A stretch of 64,000 nt of DNA from Eledone cirrhosa (Eukaryota). The notes below the pieces were generated by a model, which worked only from the letters and a program-made list of their open reading frames with translations, searched no databases and had not been told where the DNA came from. A program made the translations under genes and the position numbers. Positions 14,036 to 27,230 of the stretch are shown one piece after another (position 1 is the stretch's first letter; each line of letters starts with the position of its first letter). The stretch is from the NCBI GenBank assembly GCA_964016885.1, contig OZ024741.1:62248001-62312000 (forward strand), in the 5' to 3' direction.

Positions 14036-14234
14036 GTGTGTGTTATACATGCATATATATGTGTATATATGTGTAAATATGTATATATGTATATATATAT
14101 ATATGTATATATGTATATATGTATATATGTACATATGTGTATATATATATATATGTGTGTATATATATATATGTATGTATATATGTGTATATATATATAT
14201 ATATTTATGTATGTGTGTATATATATATATATTC

Positions 14235-14313
<79 letters not shown>

Positions 14314-14726
14314 TGTGTGTGGGGTGGTGGTGCGTGTGTGTGTGTGTTTGTGTCTTTGTGTGTATAGAGAACGTAGTTGTGACACCACCAGACTTATAAT
14401 AGAATCTAAGCCTGGATTATATAATATTATTCTTCTAATTATTTTAAATATTAAACTGCAGTAATAGTGTATCTTTCCATGATGACAGGAAAATAAATTT
14501 CAGTAAGAGGAACTTATCTTGCCCTAGAGATGAATGATTTTTTTTCTCCTGATTTCTCATTATCCAATAGATAGTTAAATAGAAAGTTAGATGTGTAGGA
14601 ATTTAGGTGTGGATGAGCTAGGTATGGTAATTGTGGTGATGTTATAATAATTGTTGTAAGAGAACGTGTGTGAGGGGGTTTGTGATGAATAATGAACATT
14701 ATCTCGACCTCCACCCAGTCGAAAAT

Positions 14727-14786
<60 letters not shown>

Positions 14787-14796
14787 TGTATTATAT

Positions 14797-14883
<87 letters not shown>

Positions 14884-14888
<5 letters not shown>

Positions 14889-15320
14889 TTATTCAGGTTT
14901 GAAGGTTCACCACTGGATAGAGCTGGTCAATTCAGTATGGTCAATCTCAATGTAATAATATGGAGAGTACACAACGTAAAGCAGTTCAATCGTCTTTGTT
15001 TTTGTAGTTGGTGGTGCTATTACGGAGTTAAATATTATAATGAAATGACAGGAGGCTGGACTTGTGTAAATCCTTGAAAGGTTTATTATACTATGATCAT
15101 ATCAATGACCGGGTTCAGTATGAATCCGGTGATATCATCAGGTATTCGAAATATAATAAATGAATGTAATAGGTAAAATCCAGGGGGCTGAAAATCAAAG
15201 ACCGGAGGACGACCGACATCTAGCATCTTCCACTTTTGCCGGTCGCCGGTCATTGATATGATCATAGTATAATAAACCTTTCAAGGATTTACACAAGTCC
15301 TGCCTCCTGGCATTTTATTA

Positions 15321-15325
<5 letters not shown>
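14884..15325. mobile_element. Fold-back PLE-like element with degenerate HHR (15103-15146, minus)
   Basis: ~15035-15112 is inverted to ~15247-15322. Minus strand reads CTGATGA-TATCA..TCATAC-TGAAC-CCGG-TC. (TA)n flanks. Confidence 0.6.
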
Positions 15326-15380
<55 letters not shown>

Positions 15381-15424
15381 TGTATTATATTATATATATA
15401 TATATATATATATATTATATTGTA

Positions 15425-15478
<54 letters not shown>

Positions 15479-15698
15479 TGTATTATATTATATATATATA
15501 TATATTATATTGTATTATATTATATATATATATATATACTTATTTATAATATATATATAATATTATATATATTATCTATAATATATATATATATAATATA
15601 TAAGTGTGGTGTGTATATATATGCTGTATGTATGTATATATTACATATGCATGTATTATATATACATATATATATATATACATATATCTATCTATCTG

Positions 15699-15761
<63 letters not shown>

Positions 15762-16522
15762 GTGCGTGTACGTGATAAATCTTAGCTTTGACAACACCAT
15801 ACGAACCTATAACAACATTAATCACAACCTTGAATATATTTTCTTCTGTTATTTCCTCTTATTTTAAATGTTAAATTGCAGGAATAGTGTATCTGTGTAA
15901 CATTATCCAAAGTGTCTCTTGGGGTGTTATTTCTCTCTACCGAGTGTCTCCAATGATGTACAACCATGTGGCTTGCTGTGTAGAATGTCTTGTATTGGAG
16001 TGGTCAACAGAAAACTGTGATATTATAGAGCTTGACCAGTTATCTTCATCACATCACGAGGTGGGGGGGGGGTATACGCATGGGGTATGGGGAGGTGGCT
16101 ACTAACTGGGAGTGAGGAAATGTCATTCAGTGAGAGGAAGGTATCTTACCCTGGGGATGGGCGGTGTCTTCTCCTGGGGTGGGTAGGTGGCTTTCACTGA
16201 CGGAAATTAGCATCCAATGGGTGGTTAAATAGAAGAATGGATGAGAGGGTAGATAGGTGTGGTGGTGGCGGTGGTGGTGGTGGTGGTGGTAATGGCGAAG
16301 TGGTGTTGACACTGATTTCATTAAGGCCGTGATGTTAAGGTGGGGGTGTCATGGCTAATGAACATTACATCCACATCCATCTAGCCCAAAGTCAAATGCA
16401 TCATTTACTAAATACACCCCCACAGATATACATATGCATGTGTGTGTGTGAGTGTGTATGTGCGTGCAAGTGAGTGTGTCTGTCTGTCTAAATATATGTA
16501 CATATATATATAAGTATATATG

Positions 16523-16571
<49 letters not shown>

Positions 16572-16621
16572 ACACACATTCATACAATCGAATGCACATG
16601 CACACATACACACACGTACGC

Positions 16622-16736
<115 letters not shown>

Positions 16737-16754
16737 CACATATATATATAAACA

Positions 16755-17211
16755 AGAAAAAGAAAATGTTCGCTCTACATGGCTGAATACAATAAATGTA
16801 ATCTGAGTTTTTCGAATATTAATAATTGTTTCTACTTTTGGCACAAGGCCACCCAGTACATTACTGGTACTTTATTTTATCGACCCCGTAAGGATGAAAG
16901 GCAAAGTTGACCTCAGCGGGATTTGAACTCAGAATGGAATGAGCCGTAACTCTATGCGTCAAAGCACGACGTCCGACCCTCTACCGATACTGCCAATCCA
17001 CCGCCCTTCGAATATTAATAATAACATTCGATTCGTTTGCAATCATGCAAACAAGCCTCAATTTTTATAGCCATGTTCACATGCCAACACAGAGCAAGAA
17101 TGAAGGGTTCATTCTACTGACATGGCTATAAAATTGAGGTTTGTTTGCATAATTGCAATCGAATCGAATGTTACTATTAATATTCGAAAAACTCAGATTA
17201 CATTTATTATA

Positions 17212-17212
<1 letters not shown>
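16755..17212. mobile_element. Fold-back element (family B) interrupted by a SINE
   Basis: Left arm 16791-16826 plus 17023-17076 is inverted to 17119-17210. Homologous to 33975-34365. Confidence 0.75.
16827..17006 (-). mobile_element. Full-length SINE family 1 with 16 bp TSD
   Basis: A box TGGCAGTATCGGT and B box GTTCAAATCC on the minus strand. TSD TTCGAATATTAATAAT at 16811-16826 and 17007-17022. Confidence 0.85.
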
Positions 17213-17288
<76 letters not shown>

Positions 17289-17526
17289 TATATATATATA
17301 ATAAAGTATATATCCCTACACGCACATGTATTGTCCAACCATAATTTGGTCGTTCTGACTGCTGCTAGTTATAGTGGTAGTAGACTGACCTCCCTGCCTT
17401 CTATCTTTACACACGGCACTTGAAGGAATTGCTCCCACATGATTTACTCTCATCTCGGGAACAATTTTGAATAGCGCCAGTTCGTAATTTGAACTCTGGA
17501 ATTTTATATTCTCCGAGTGAAAAGAT

Positions 17527-17610
17527 CCTTCTGACGAGAGTTTTTATTTGCAATGGATGCTGTAAGGACTGTCCATTTATTTTTGAAACTCGAAACCGAT
17601 TCGGTAAAGG
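17527..17610 (+). ncRNA. Type I hammerhead ribozyme, canonical core, extended stem II
   Basis: CCTT-CTGACGA-GAGTTT...AAACTC-GAAA-CCG ATT CGG-TA-AAGG. All three stems pair; GUA cleavage triplet. Confidence 0.8.
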
Positions 17611-17858
17611 TAACCATAGTGAGTAAAGTTAATTTTTTAAAATCTATTTTGAAACTTTTTTTTATTTGCTAAACCTTGCCTTGTGTGTATATATATATAT
17701 ATATATGCATATATGTATGCATATGTATTAGAAACAATTATATCGTCAAAACTGACTCAAGTTACCCTTACACACCTATATATACATGATATAAATATGT
17801 ATATATATATATATACATATGTATAAATATATACATATATATACATATGTATAAATAT

Positions 17859-17914
<56 letters not shown>

Positions 17915-17916
<2 letters not shown>

Positions 17917-18679
17917 GGTGGCTGCCAACTCGTTTTCGAGTACGGCCACTACTTTATATCCATGTAGGAGAACCCCTACCGATGCGCTGAACGAGTGTGA
18001 CTTTTTAGTACAGCCAGCGACTTGAAAGCTCTGGTACAAACACTACACTTGTGACAATTATTGACACATAGTGGTGGGCCCATGGTACCATGTGACGACA
18101 AGTGCAGAGAGATCTCCAGATATAAAGCAATGCCTGTGCCGTGAAGCTTATAGTGAGCAAAGGCACTGCACAAAACCAGTCCCACTCTATTAAACAAGAT
18201 GATATTTACCAAAGAGAAGAACAAGACAACATCATTGGATACCATCAGGGTTGTAGGTGTTATATCAGAGTTTTCCTTCTAGAATTCTGCCTTGACAAAG
18301 GCTAAGGGGTCATCTCTCCCGGTGATTTTGGATGGCCATTGACTCTTAAGAGCTCCTTTTCCCTTTGACAGATTTTGATTTTAGTCCTGCAGGATGTCCA
18401 AAGTCACCCTCCTCACCAAGAAACCTATATATATATATTATGTATATATACATATAAATATATATATATACATACACACACCTTGGTGGGGTTGCCAGTT
18501 TAGTCGCCAACGACCCGATCGTGGAACAGGTTGTACTGGGATACATGTTACCAGTAGCACCAACTGGTAACCTGACATAAATATATACATATACATACAT
18601 ACATGTATATATATATATATATACATATAAATACATACATATATATATATACACATACACACATATTCATATACATACA

Positions 18680-18757
<78 letters not shown>

Positions 18758-18908
18758 CATACATACATACATACATACATACATACATACATACATACAT
18801 ACATTCATATATATATATATATACATATACATACATACTTATATATATATATATACATACATACACATACATATACATACATACACATATATATACATAT
18901 ACATACAT

Positions 18909-18941
<33 letters not shown>

Positions 18942-19134
18942 CATATACATACATACATACATACATACATACATACATACATACATACATCCATCCATAC
19001 ATACACATATATATATATATATATACATATACATACATACTTATATATATATATACATACACATACATATACATACATACACATATATATACATATACAT
19101 ACATATACATACATACACATATATATATATACAT

Positions 19135-19189
<55 letters not shown>

Positions 19190-20384
19190 CACATACATTC
19201 ACATATACATACATATATGTATGTATATATGTATGTATGTATATGTATGTATATATATATATGTATGTATGTGTATGTATGTGTATATGTATATATATGT
19301 ATGTATATGTATATATGTGTATATGTATATATGTATATATGTATATATGTGTATGTATATATATGTATGGCCATTGACTCATAAGGGCTCCTTTGCCCTT
19401 TGACAGGTTTTGGTTTTAGTCCTGCAGGATGTCCAAAGTCACCCTCCTCACTAAGAAACCTTGGTGGGGTTGCCAGTTTAGTCGCCAACAACCCGACCAT
19501 GGGACAGGTTGTACTGGAATACATGTTACCAGTAGCACCAACTGGTTACCTGACCAAAATCACCGGGAGAGATGACCCCTTAGCCTTTGTCAAGGCAGAA
19601 TTCTAAGAGAAGGAAAACTCTGATATAACACCTGCAACCCTGATGGTATCCAATGATGTTGACTTGTTCTTCTCTTTGGTAAATATCATCTTGTTTAATA
19701 GAGTGGGACTGGTTTTGTGCAGTGCCTTTGCTCACTATAAAAGCTTCACGGCACAGGCATTGCTTTATATCTGGAGATCTCTCTGCACTTGTCGTCACAT
19801 GGTACCATGGGCCCACCACTATGTGTCAATAATTGTCACAAGTGTAGTGTTTGTACCAGAGTTTTCAAGTCGCTGGTTGGACTAAAAAGTCACACTCGTT
19901 CAGCGTATCGGTAGGGGTTGTCCTACATGGATATAAAGTAGTGGCCGTACTCGAAAACGAGTTGGCAGCCACCATATATATATATATATATATGTATATC
20001 AGGGTTGCAGGTGTTATATCAGAGTTTTCCTTCTCCTAGATTTTGCCTTGATCGTATCCAATGATGTTGACTTGTTCTTCTTTTTTGGTAAATATCATCT
20101 TGGTTAAGAGAGTGGGACTGGCTTTGTGCAGTGCCTTTGCTCATTATAAAAGCTTCACGGCACAGGCATTGCTTTATATCTAGAGATCTCTCTGAACTTC
20201 TCGTCACATGGTACCATGGACCCAGCACTATGTGTCAATAATTGTTACAAAAGTAGTGTTTGTACCAGAGTTTTCAAGTCGCTGGCTGGACTAAAATGTC
20301 ACACTCGTTCAGCGCATTGGTAGGGATTCTTCTACAAGGATATAAAGTAGTTGTCGTACTCGAAAACGAGTTGGCAGCCACCAT
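17915..20384. repeat. Locally triplicated and rearranged unassigned sequence (blocks A ~185 bp, B ~420 bp)
   Basis: Inverted B 17915-18331, A 18334-18577 (split by a TA run), A 19369-19554 joined to B 19554-19974, and partial B ~19998-20384. Confidence 0.8.
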
Positions 20385-20387
20385 ATG

Positions 20388-20435
<48 letters not shown>

Positions 20436-20436
20436 C

Positions 20437-20518
<82 letters not shown>

Positions 20519-20580
20519 ATATTTATACATATATATATATATATATATGTGTATATATTTATACATATATATATATATTT

Positions 20581-20670
<90 letters not shown>

Positions 20671-20876
20671 GATAACAAGTTATCGTTATAGGTAATCCAG
20701 TTAGATTACTCCGCGTCGTGGTTAGTTTTAACGTACGGCTTTGTATGACTCAACAAGATGTTTCCATAGTTATGCAGCGAGTTCGCGGTAACTTCTATGC
20801 AGGTTATACTTTGAGTAATAATAGTTAAAGAAAGAAGAGTAACATGGTTGGCTGTACAATAAGGGCTTTATTTAAA

Positions 20877-20987
20877 GTACTGACAATTGTTTCGTTGATC
20901 AGGTGTGTCTCTACTTTGCTAATCGCTTGAGGTTGCGTCAATCAATCTCCAATACATTGTTTACCACTGGTCAACACATCAGAGCAC
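20877..20987 (-). ncRNA. Hammerhead-like motif with long stem II insertion
   Basis: Minus strand reads GTGCT-CTGATGT-GTTGACCAG..(~65 nt)..CTGATCAAC-GAAA-CAATTG-TC-AGTAC. Core position 9 is T instead of A. Confidence 0.6.
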
Positions 20988-21399
20988 GTAGATATGAAAA
21001 TAATTCACTCGAGGCAAGACTTATATAGAGGAGTAGCGTAAAACAAAACAATAACATCAATAATAAAATAGCGTATAATTAAAACAATAACATCAATGAT
21101 AAAATATGTATGGTAAATAGATAGAGAAGTTACAGATGTAAAAAGTGACAAGTACGATATAATGTAGAGTACATTAAAAAATAATAATAATATTAAGAAG
21201 AAAATGAGGAAATGGAAAATAGAAATAAATAAAAGAAATGAAAGAGTGATATATTGTACTTATAGTTAGATTTATTAGTTCTTGAGAAGTGTTCCTTGGT
21301 GCTAACATGAGAGGCCAGATTTTAGATGTAGATAAATTTGTGTGGAGGGTCCGGTAAAATAGAAAACAATAAAAAACAATAAAATAGAGATTAATTGAT

Positions 21400-22078
21400 G
21401 TATACTTGTCCCTTTCAACAGCAATGCAACACACCTGCTGTAGTTTATGAAGCTGTGGTAACTTCCAACCGACCAAATCAACCAAAGGAGGTCAAATCCT
21501 ATGTGGGTATGACGGAGGGCCAATTTAAGGAACGGTTCCCGAACCCTCAGTCGACCTTTAGGTAGCCGGACAAACGATCATTCACCAAACTCGCGAGCCA
21601 CGTATAGTCCCTCAAGGACTTAGGTATAGACTACTCCATTCAATGGAAAGCCATCACTAAGTCCAAGCCATTCGCATGGGGCAATCCCTCTTGTGGATAG
21701 TGTATCGAAGAAATGAAATCTTCTCACGTTGTCCACATGTCTGGAAACAGCTCTTGCATAACTACAAACCTCCGGATTGAATAAAAACAACATTCTAATT
21801 TTCTAATCAACTGGAATACCTTTTCCGGACCTTCGCCTTTATCTACATTACACCTTTCGCCCGTGGCTTTGTAATGCTTGGGTGAAGTGATCATTTCTGC
21901 GCATGCGCGTTCATATGGTTGTTCTTCCAGTTGCGTAAGACCATGACCAGTACGAACTGAAGATCCGCTAAGGTGAAACAATTGTTCTCGGTATGGTGAA
22001 CTAACTGTTGTGTTACTACTTCTACCAAACTCGTCCCATGGACTGAGTGTTCTACCACTACGGATATTACCTTCCAGT

Positions 22079-22080
<2 letters not shown>
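21400..22080 (+). mobile_element. Penelope-like element 3' relic (GIY-YIG endonuclease plus pLTR)
   Basis: Manual translation gives CNTPAVVYEAVV...KSYVGMTEGQFKERF...TKLASHV*SLKD..IDYSIQWK....KPFAWG..C..C, the PLE GIY-YIG pattern. An HHR follows at 21952-21991. Confidence 0.75.
21952..21991 (+). ncRNA. Minimal hammerhead motif of PLE
   Basis: CGAA-CTGAAGA-TCCGCTAAGGT-GAAA-CAATTG-TT-CTCG. Confidence 0.6.
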
Positions 22081-22167
<87 letters not shown>

Positions 22168-22181
22168 ATATATATATATAT

Positions 22182-22575
22182 ATATATTGTTGTACTTTGG
22201 GATGGTCATTCTGCCAATAAAAACACACGCACCTGTTGATTTTCCCTTCAATTTATTATTAATTTCCAGTTGGTTGGCTGGATGATTCGATAACTGGATG
22301 GTTGTTCCATTATTGTCAAGCTCTTTCGTCACATATTCTGTGACCTCTTCAGTGTCTGTTTTTTTTTAATTTTGTATCTCTCCTATCTTCTATATAAACA
22401 ACTATTCGGTTATCGAACCAACCAACCAACCAACCGGAAATTTATAATAAATTGAAGGGAAAAACAACAGGTGCGTGTGTTTTTATTGGCAGTATGACCC
22501 TCCCAAAGTATAACAATATCTGTTTCAACACACGTTTTCAGATAAGAAACCTTGCAAAAAAAATTCAAAAACGAA
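22182..22575. mobile_element. Fold-back PLE-like element (family C) with HHR at 22313-22357 (minus)
   Basis: 22182-22294 is inverted to 22409-22520. Minus strand reads CTGAAGA-G-GTCACA GAATA TGTGAC-GAAA-GAGCTT. The tail (ATGACCCTCCC..AACAATAT..TTCAACACACG..AAACCTTGCAAAA) is shared with 25675-25745. Confidence 0.7.
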
Positions 22576-22639
22576 CACACACGCACACACAGGCACACGC
22601 ACACACACAAGCGCACACGCACACACACATACACACACA

Positions 22640-22730
<91 letters not shown>

Positions 22731-25464
22731 GTTGTTATACTTTTACATGCCATCATCACTTTAAGCATAGCTGAGATAAGTTAAGAATTTTCTTAATCGA
22801 TTTTCGATTGTATTTGAGGACTTCGTGAGAGATAATGTACATCAAACAATCACAAGGAAACACGTAATTGTTGGCCTTATAGAGCCTTGTAAATTTACTA
22901 TTTTAGTGCTTGTGGCTTCAATTAATTTTAATATTAAATTATGCATTAAGCAACTGAATCTTGCGAGAAATTTATCTATACATAGACATTTGTGTTTAAG
23001 CAGGACTGTATAAATGAGTATATAAATATACATATTGAATACATGAACATGTAATCACGTAAAATTTACGTGCTTTCTTGTACATTGAAAATAGAATTTG
23101 ATTTTCTGCCTTAACTGAACTCCTCATCAGAGAATTGCACATAATATCATCACAAAGAAATACGTAACTGGTGGTCTTTTAAAGCCCTCGTAATGGATGT
23201 TATACACATTTTAAACCTTCTGATAAGATTTCTTCAGACTGCTCTCTTCTGTATTTATGTTAGTAGTGTAATATTTTGATAAATCGACCAGAGGATTTTC
23301 ACTGTTGATTCACCACTGCCCCGTCGATATATGCTGTTTATCCACACTTGTTTACCTAGCAACTTTAAGGGCGTGGATTAACTTCGGCCAATAGTTCAAG
23401 TTGCTTGTTTAGCGTCATATCTCCGACGCCGTCAGCTCTTTATTGCTTGATTAATTGGTTAGTTAACGATTCCTGTCAATCAGCTATTTCTCTTCATATC
23501 GTGGATGTTATCATAATGTGGTGCCAGATTGGAATATCTGCCTGTTGTTGCGATATCTAATAAACCAAATATGCCAAATACGGGGTTCGCTTCTTGAATT
23601 TACTTAGTGTAAATGAGTAAATGCTCGTTTTTAAACCATAAGTGGGTAATAAAGCCATGTGACGAAAGAAATATAAGTATATATAAAATAAGAAGCGAAA
23701 CAATCATTTTTCTTTTCCAACAATCATGTTTTGTTTATCTTGAACTATATACATATACAGTTATTGTTACAAATGAAAAGAAAGTGCAATAAAGATATCA
23801 AAGGATCGGCCGCTCTCTGACAGGTTTGAGTTTGAGCTTGTAGTAGTGGAGACTTCCAGCGTTCTTGGCCCCTAGACCACAACCCTGTGCACTGCTATCG
23901 GAACAAGGTTGGCTGTCCGGTGTGTGAGCCCTGCGAGATGGAGTGGCTGTTTCAGTGCATCTCACTTGCTGTCTTCTGGGTAAATCATGATTATAAGGAG
24001 ATTTGGCTGCCATTTCTACATAGAATGCCCGTTCTATGATCGAACCTGGGATTTTGACGAAAAGATCATGCATGGATTTTCCTTTATAATCTGCTCACCC
24101 AAAGGTGACCTAAGAGTAAACGCACACAGGAACAATCTCATACACATATATATATACATCCACTTAACGCAACATACACTTCAATACACTTATACATAAT
24201 CACATATTCGCAGGAACATTTCTACATACATATACATGCACGTACACATGAATTACACTAACTCGGCACTTATTGCTGTCTAACATACACCAACAAACAC
24301 AAACGCCCTCAGGCTCATATATATATATACACCTCTTCTCACATATACACATGGACGCACACCAAAGCTTGTATCCATATCCACCTCTCCATCCCCTCCA
24401 CTCGCACACACCTACATCCCCATTCACACACACACACAAAATACACAGATACTAACAAGATATTTCCTGTCAGCCGGAGTTAAGCTAAATGAAATGTTTA
24501 TTCAAAACTCGTTAATCCGGAAAAAAACTTCTCACTCACACTCACCATACACACAGACACACTGATATATACATACACACACACGCATACACAAACAAAC
24601 ACATCACTTGCAACACTGTGCATAGAAGACTGCATAGAATGGTGATACGTTTGTGGCAAGATGGCGACAAGGTCAGTGGGTGTGGTGGATGGGAAGGCAA
24701 TGATAAAGGGATGAGGCGGTAGAAAGGGAGGTGAAGCAAGGCTACCGACTGAGGTAAGACGTTAAGAAAAGGAGGAGGTATGGAAGGAAGAGGGTGTAGT
24801 GGATGAGTAGAGAAGTCGAAATGATAGGCAATAAAAGAGTCATTTTACACTCTTTCACTCTCAGCCTCATATTAATATCTCCTTCGCCCATTCTCTCGCT
24901 CATATTCACCCCCTCTCTCTCTTCCTCTCTTACCCCTCCCTCTCTCTTATCCCCCTCTCTCTCTCACCTCCCACCTCAATCTATTATCCTTCCTCTCTCA
25001 CTCTTCCTCGCTTTCTTACACTTCCTATCTCTCACCCTCCCTCACTCACTCTCCATTTCTAGTGGGCGACGAGGGGGTGTTAATAAATATTGGATGTCTC
25101 TGTAAGTGTATATGTATGCATGTAATTGCGTGAATGTGCGTGCGCGCGTGTGTTGTGTGTGTTTGGAATGTATTTAGCAACATTTAATGCTTTGTGGTTT
25201 ACTTAATATTTTCATGCCGCAATTTTAGCAGTCAGTCGAGCGGAACTGAAAAATATAGACCGACATCCATCCACTTCTTTTTTTCTTTTTCACTCTTTCT
25301 CGTCCTCTAGCTCTATTTATCTATTTACACAACGACACGTATATGTATGTATGTACATATGTATTTATATGTATGATTGCTTGAATGTGGCGTTGTAATC
25401 ACTAAAGAAAGGTCCTCAGTATATAAACATAGATATTATATTATATAAAACACATGGCGAACTG

Positions 25465-25555
25465 GCATATACCTTCCTAAGTACTCGGAGTTTCCAAAAT
25501 CAAGCTGATGTTGTTAATGCTTCGGGAAATCCCGAGTACCTAGGAAGGTATATGC
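25465..25555. repeat. Small fold-back with degenerate HHR
   Basis: Arms 25465-25495 / 25525-25555. AAG-CTGATGT..GGAAA-TCCCGAG-TA; the minus arm reads GAAA-CTCCGAG-TA-CTT. Confidence 0.45.
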
Positions 25556-25582
25556 GATTTTGCGATGTGCTATATATATATA

Positions 25583-25851
25583 TTAACTATGGAGATATAA
25601 AAGATACAGAAGCGAAAACCAATCCAAGCCAAACAGTCAGTGTGTTCTATTATTATTTCTGGCAATATTATAACAATATGACCCTCCCCAAATATAACAA
25701 TATTTGTTTCAACACACGATTTCATATCAAAAACCTTGCAAAACAAATATATATAATATTATAATATTGCCAGAAATAATAATAGAACACACTGACTGTT
25801 TGGCTTGGATTGGGTTTTCGCTTCTGTATCTTTTATATCTCCATAGTTAAT
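25583..25851. repeat. Inverted repeat, ~90 bp arms, converging on a short (TA) run
   Basis: 25583-25673 is the reverse complement of 25759-25851. The spacer carries the family C 3' tail. Confidence 0.75.
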
Positions 25852-25907
25852 TTATCTGGCAATCAATGTTTATCATTGATTGGCCAACGGTTAAAAATAC
25901 AGATATA

Positions 25908-25978
<71 letters not shown>

Positions 25979-25979
<1 letters not shown>

Positions 25980-27125
25980 ATCAAAGTTCTTTCGTCACAC
26001 ATCTATGACATCATCAGTGGTACTATTATGTTTCCTCCCGTTTTATTGTGATGCCTAGGCCAGCTTTATTTTATTTATTTATTTATATTTCCCTTAGGTC
26101 AGTATTGTGTGTTTGGGTATGGTTGTTGTTGTTATTCCATTCGTTTTTTCTGTTCAACTTTGGTTTTCGTAGTTCTATCACAGTTGCTTCTCTGATTTGC
26201 GTACCTGTTGAGTCATTTCTATGCCGGGATATTATTTTAATTTCTATGTTGTCTATATTACCGCAATGTCTTTGTCTCGCGCGTTCATATAGTACTGAAC
26301 CATTTTTTTTTTGTCCTTTTAGTTCCCCCCAGTGTTGGTCTATTCTTTCTCCTATGTTTCAAGCTGTCTCACCTATTTATGTCGTTGTCATGTTTCTGCA
26401 AGTATCCTCTGTACATCTTATGCTATAGACTACATTTCTAGTTTTACAATTTATCTGGGTGTTCATTCTACATATAACCCATTTCTTATTCCTACAGTGG
26501 GTTTTCTTATGCTAGTTCCTGGCTTTTCTGCCATTGTAATCTTTAGATGGGTCTTTCTTAGGGCCTTTCTACATTGCTTAGGTAATTTCCTTCCAGGGGT
26601 AGCATCCACGAACACGACACTCTGGTATCTCTGGTTGTCATACCATGAAGTGGCTTTCCCTATCTTATATTTAGTCCTATCTAAGCTATTCCATGATTTA
26701 CTCCTGTATAATGGGCAAATTCCTTTCATGTCCATTTCTCCGTGGCTTCTTTGTATACTCTGATTCTGTCTCTTTGGTTGTAACCAGAGAACTGCATGCG
26801 ATTGATGAAGTCTTGGATGTGACTTTCCATTTCAGTTGGGTCGCACAAGCGGGACACATTTTTCATCACTCTTACCACGTCTGGGATCAGAATATTAAAC
26901 TTAGCACTATTGGGCATTGCTGAGTTTTTGAGTATCAGGTATTTGGAGGCCATGGGTTTAACATAGTGTGAGTGGAGAATTTGGGCCCTCTCATTTATAG
27001 CGTTTAACCAGAGTTCCGTTTCTAATACTGGTAGTCTATTGTTAGGGTGTTTGGAAGGGTAGTTAATGGTTACAGTTATACTCTGGTGTATGGAGTTAGC
27101 TATGTGCTGGATGCTCTCCAGGCGG
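25979..27125 (-). mobile_element. Penelope-like element relic: RT C-terminus, linker, GIY-YIG end and HHR
   Basis: Peptides ..YPSKHPNNRLPVL.., KPMASKYLILKNSAMPNSAKFNIL.., SVVFVDATPGRKL..EKPGTSI, ..QIREATVIELRKPKLNRKNEWNN. HHR CTGATGA-TGTCAT..GTGAC-GAAA-GAAC-TT at 25979-26022. Confidence 0.8.
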
Positions 27126-27189
27126 ATTTGAAGCTGTGCCGTGTCAGTGACCGATCGTCACTTGTCTGTTCAACACTGGCTTTGAGGAA

Positions 27190-27230
27190 CAATCAACATG
27201 TTTCTAAGTAATTACCCTTCATCAGGACTG
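27190..27230 (-). ncRNA. Minimal hammerhead motif
   Basis: Minus strand reads CAGTC-CTGATGA-AGGGTAATTACTTA-GAAA-CATG-TT-GATTG. Stem I CAGTC/GATTG; CATG palindrome. Confidence 0.6.

Noticed and set aside
16827-17006. tRNA gene suggested by A/B boxes
   Set aside because: No cloverleaf; followed by a shared core, tail and TSDs, so these are SINE heads.
23100-23640. CTGATGAGGAG (minus, ~23125) downstream of a possible very decayed GIY-YIG relic
   Set aside because: Could not find a paired stem II and GAAA, and the peptide similarity is too weak to call.
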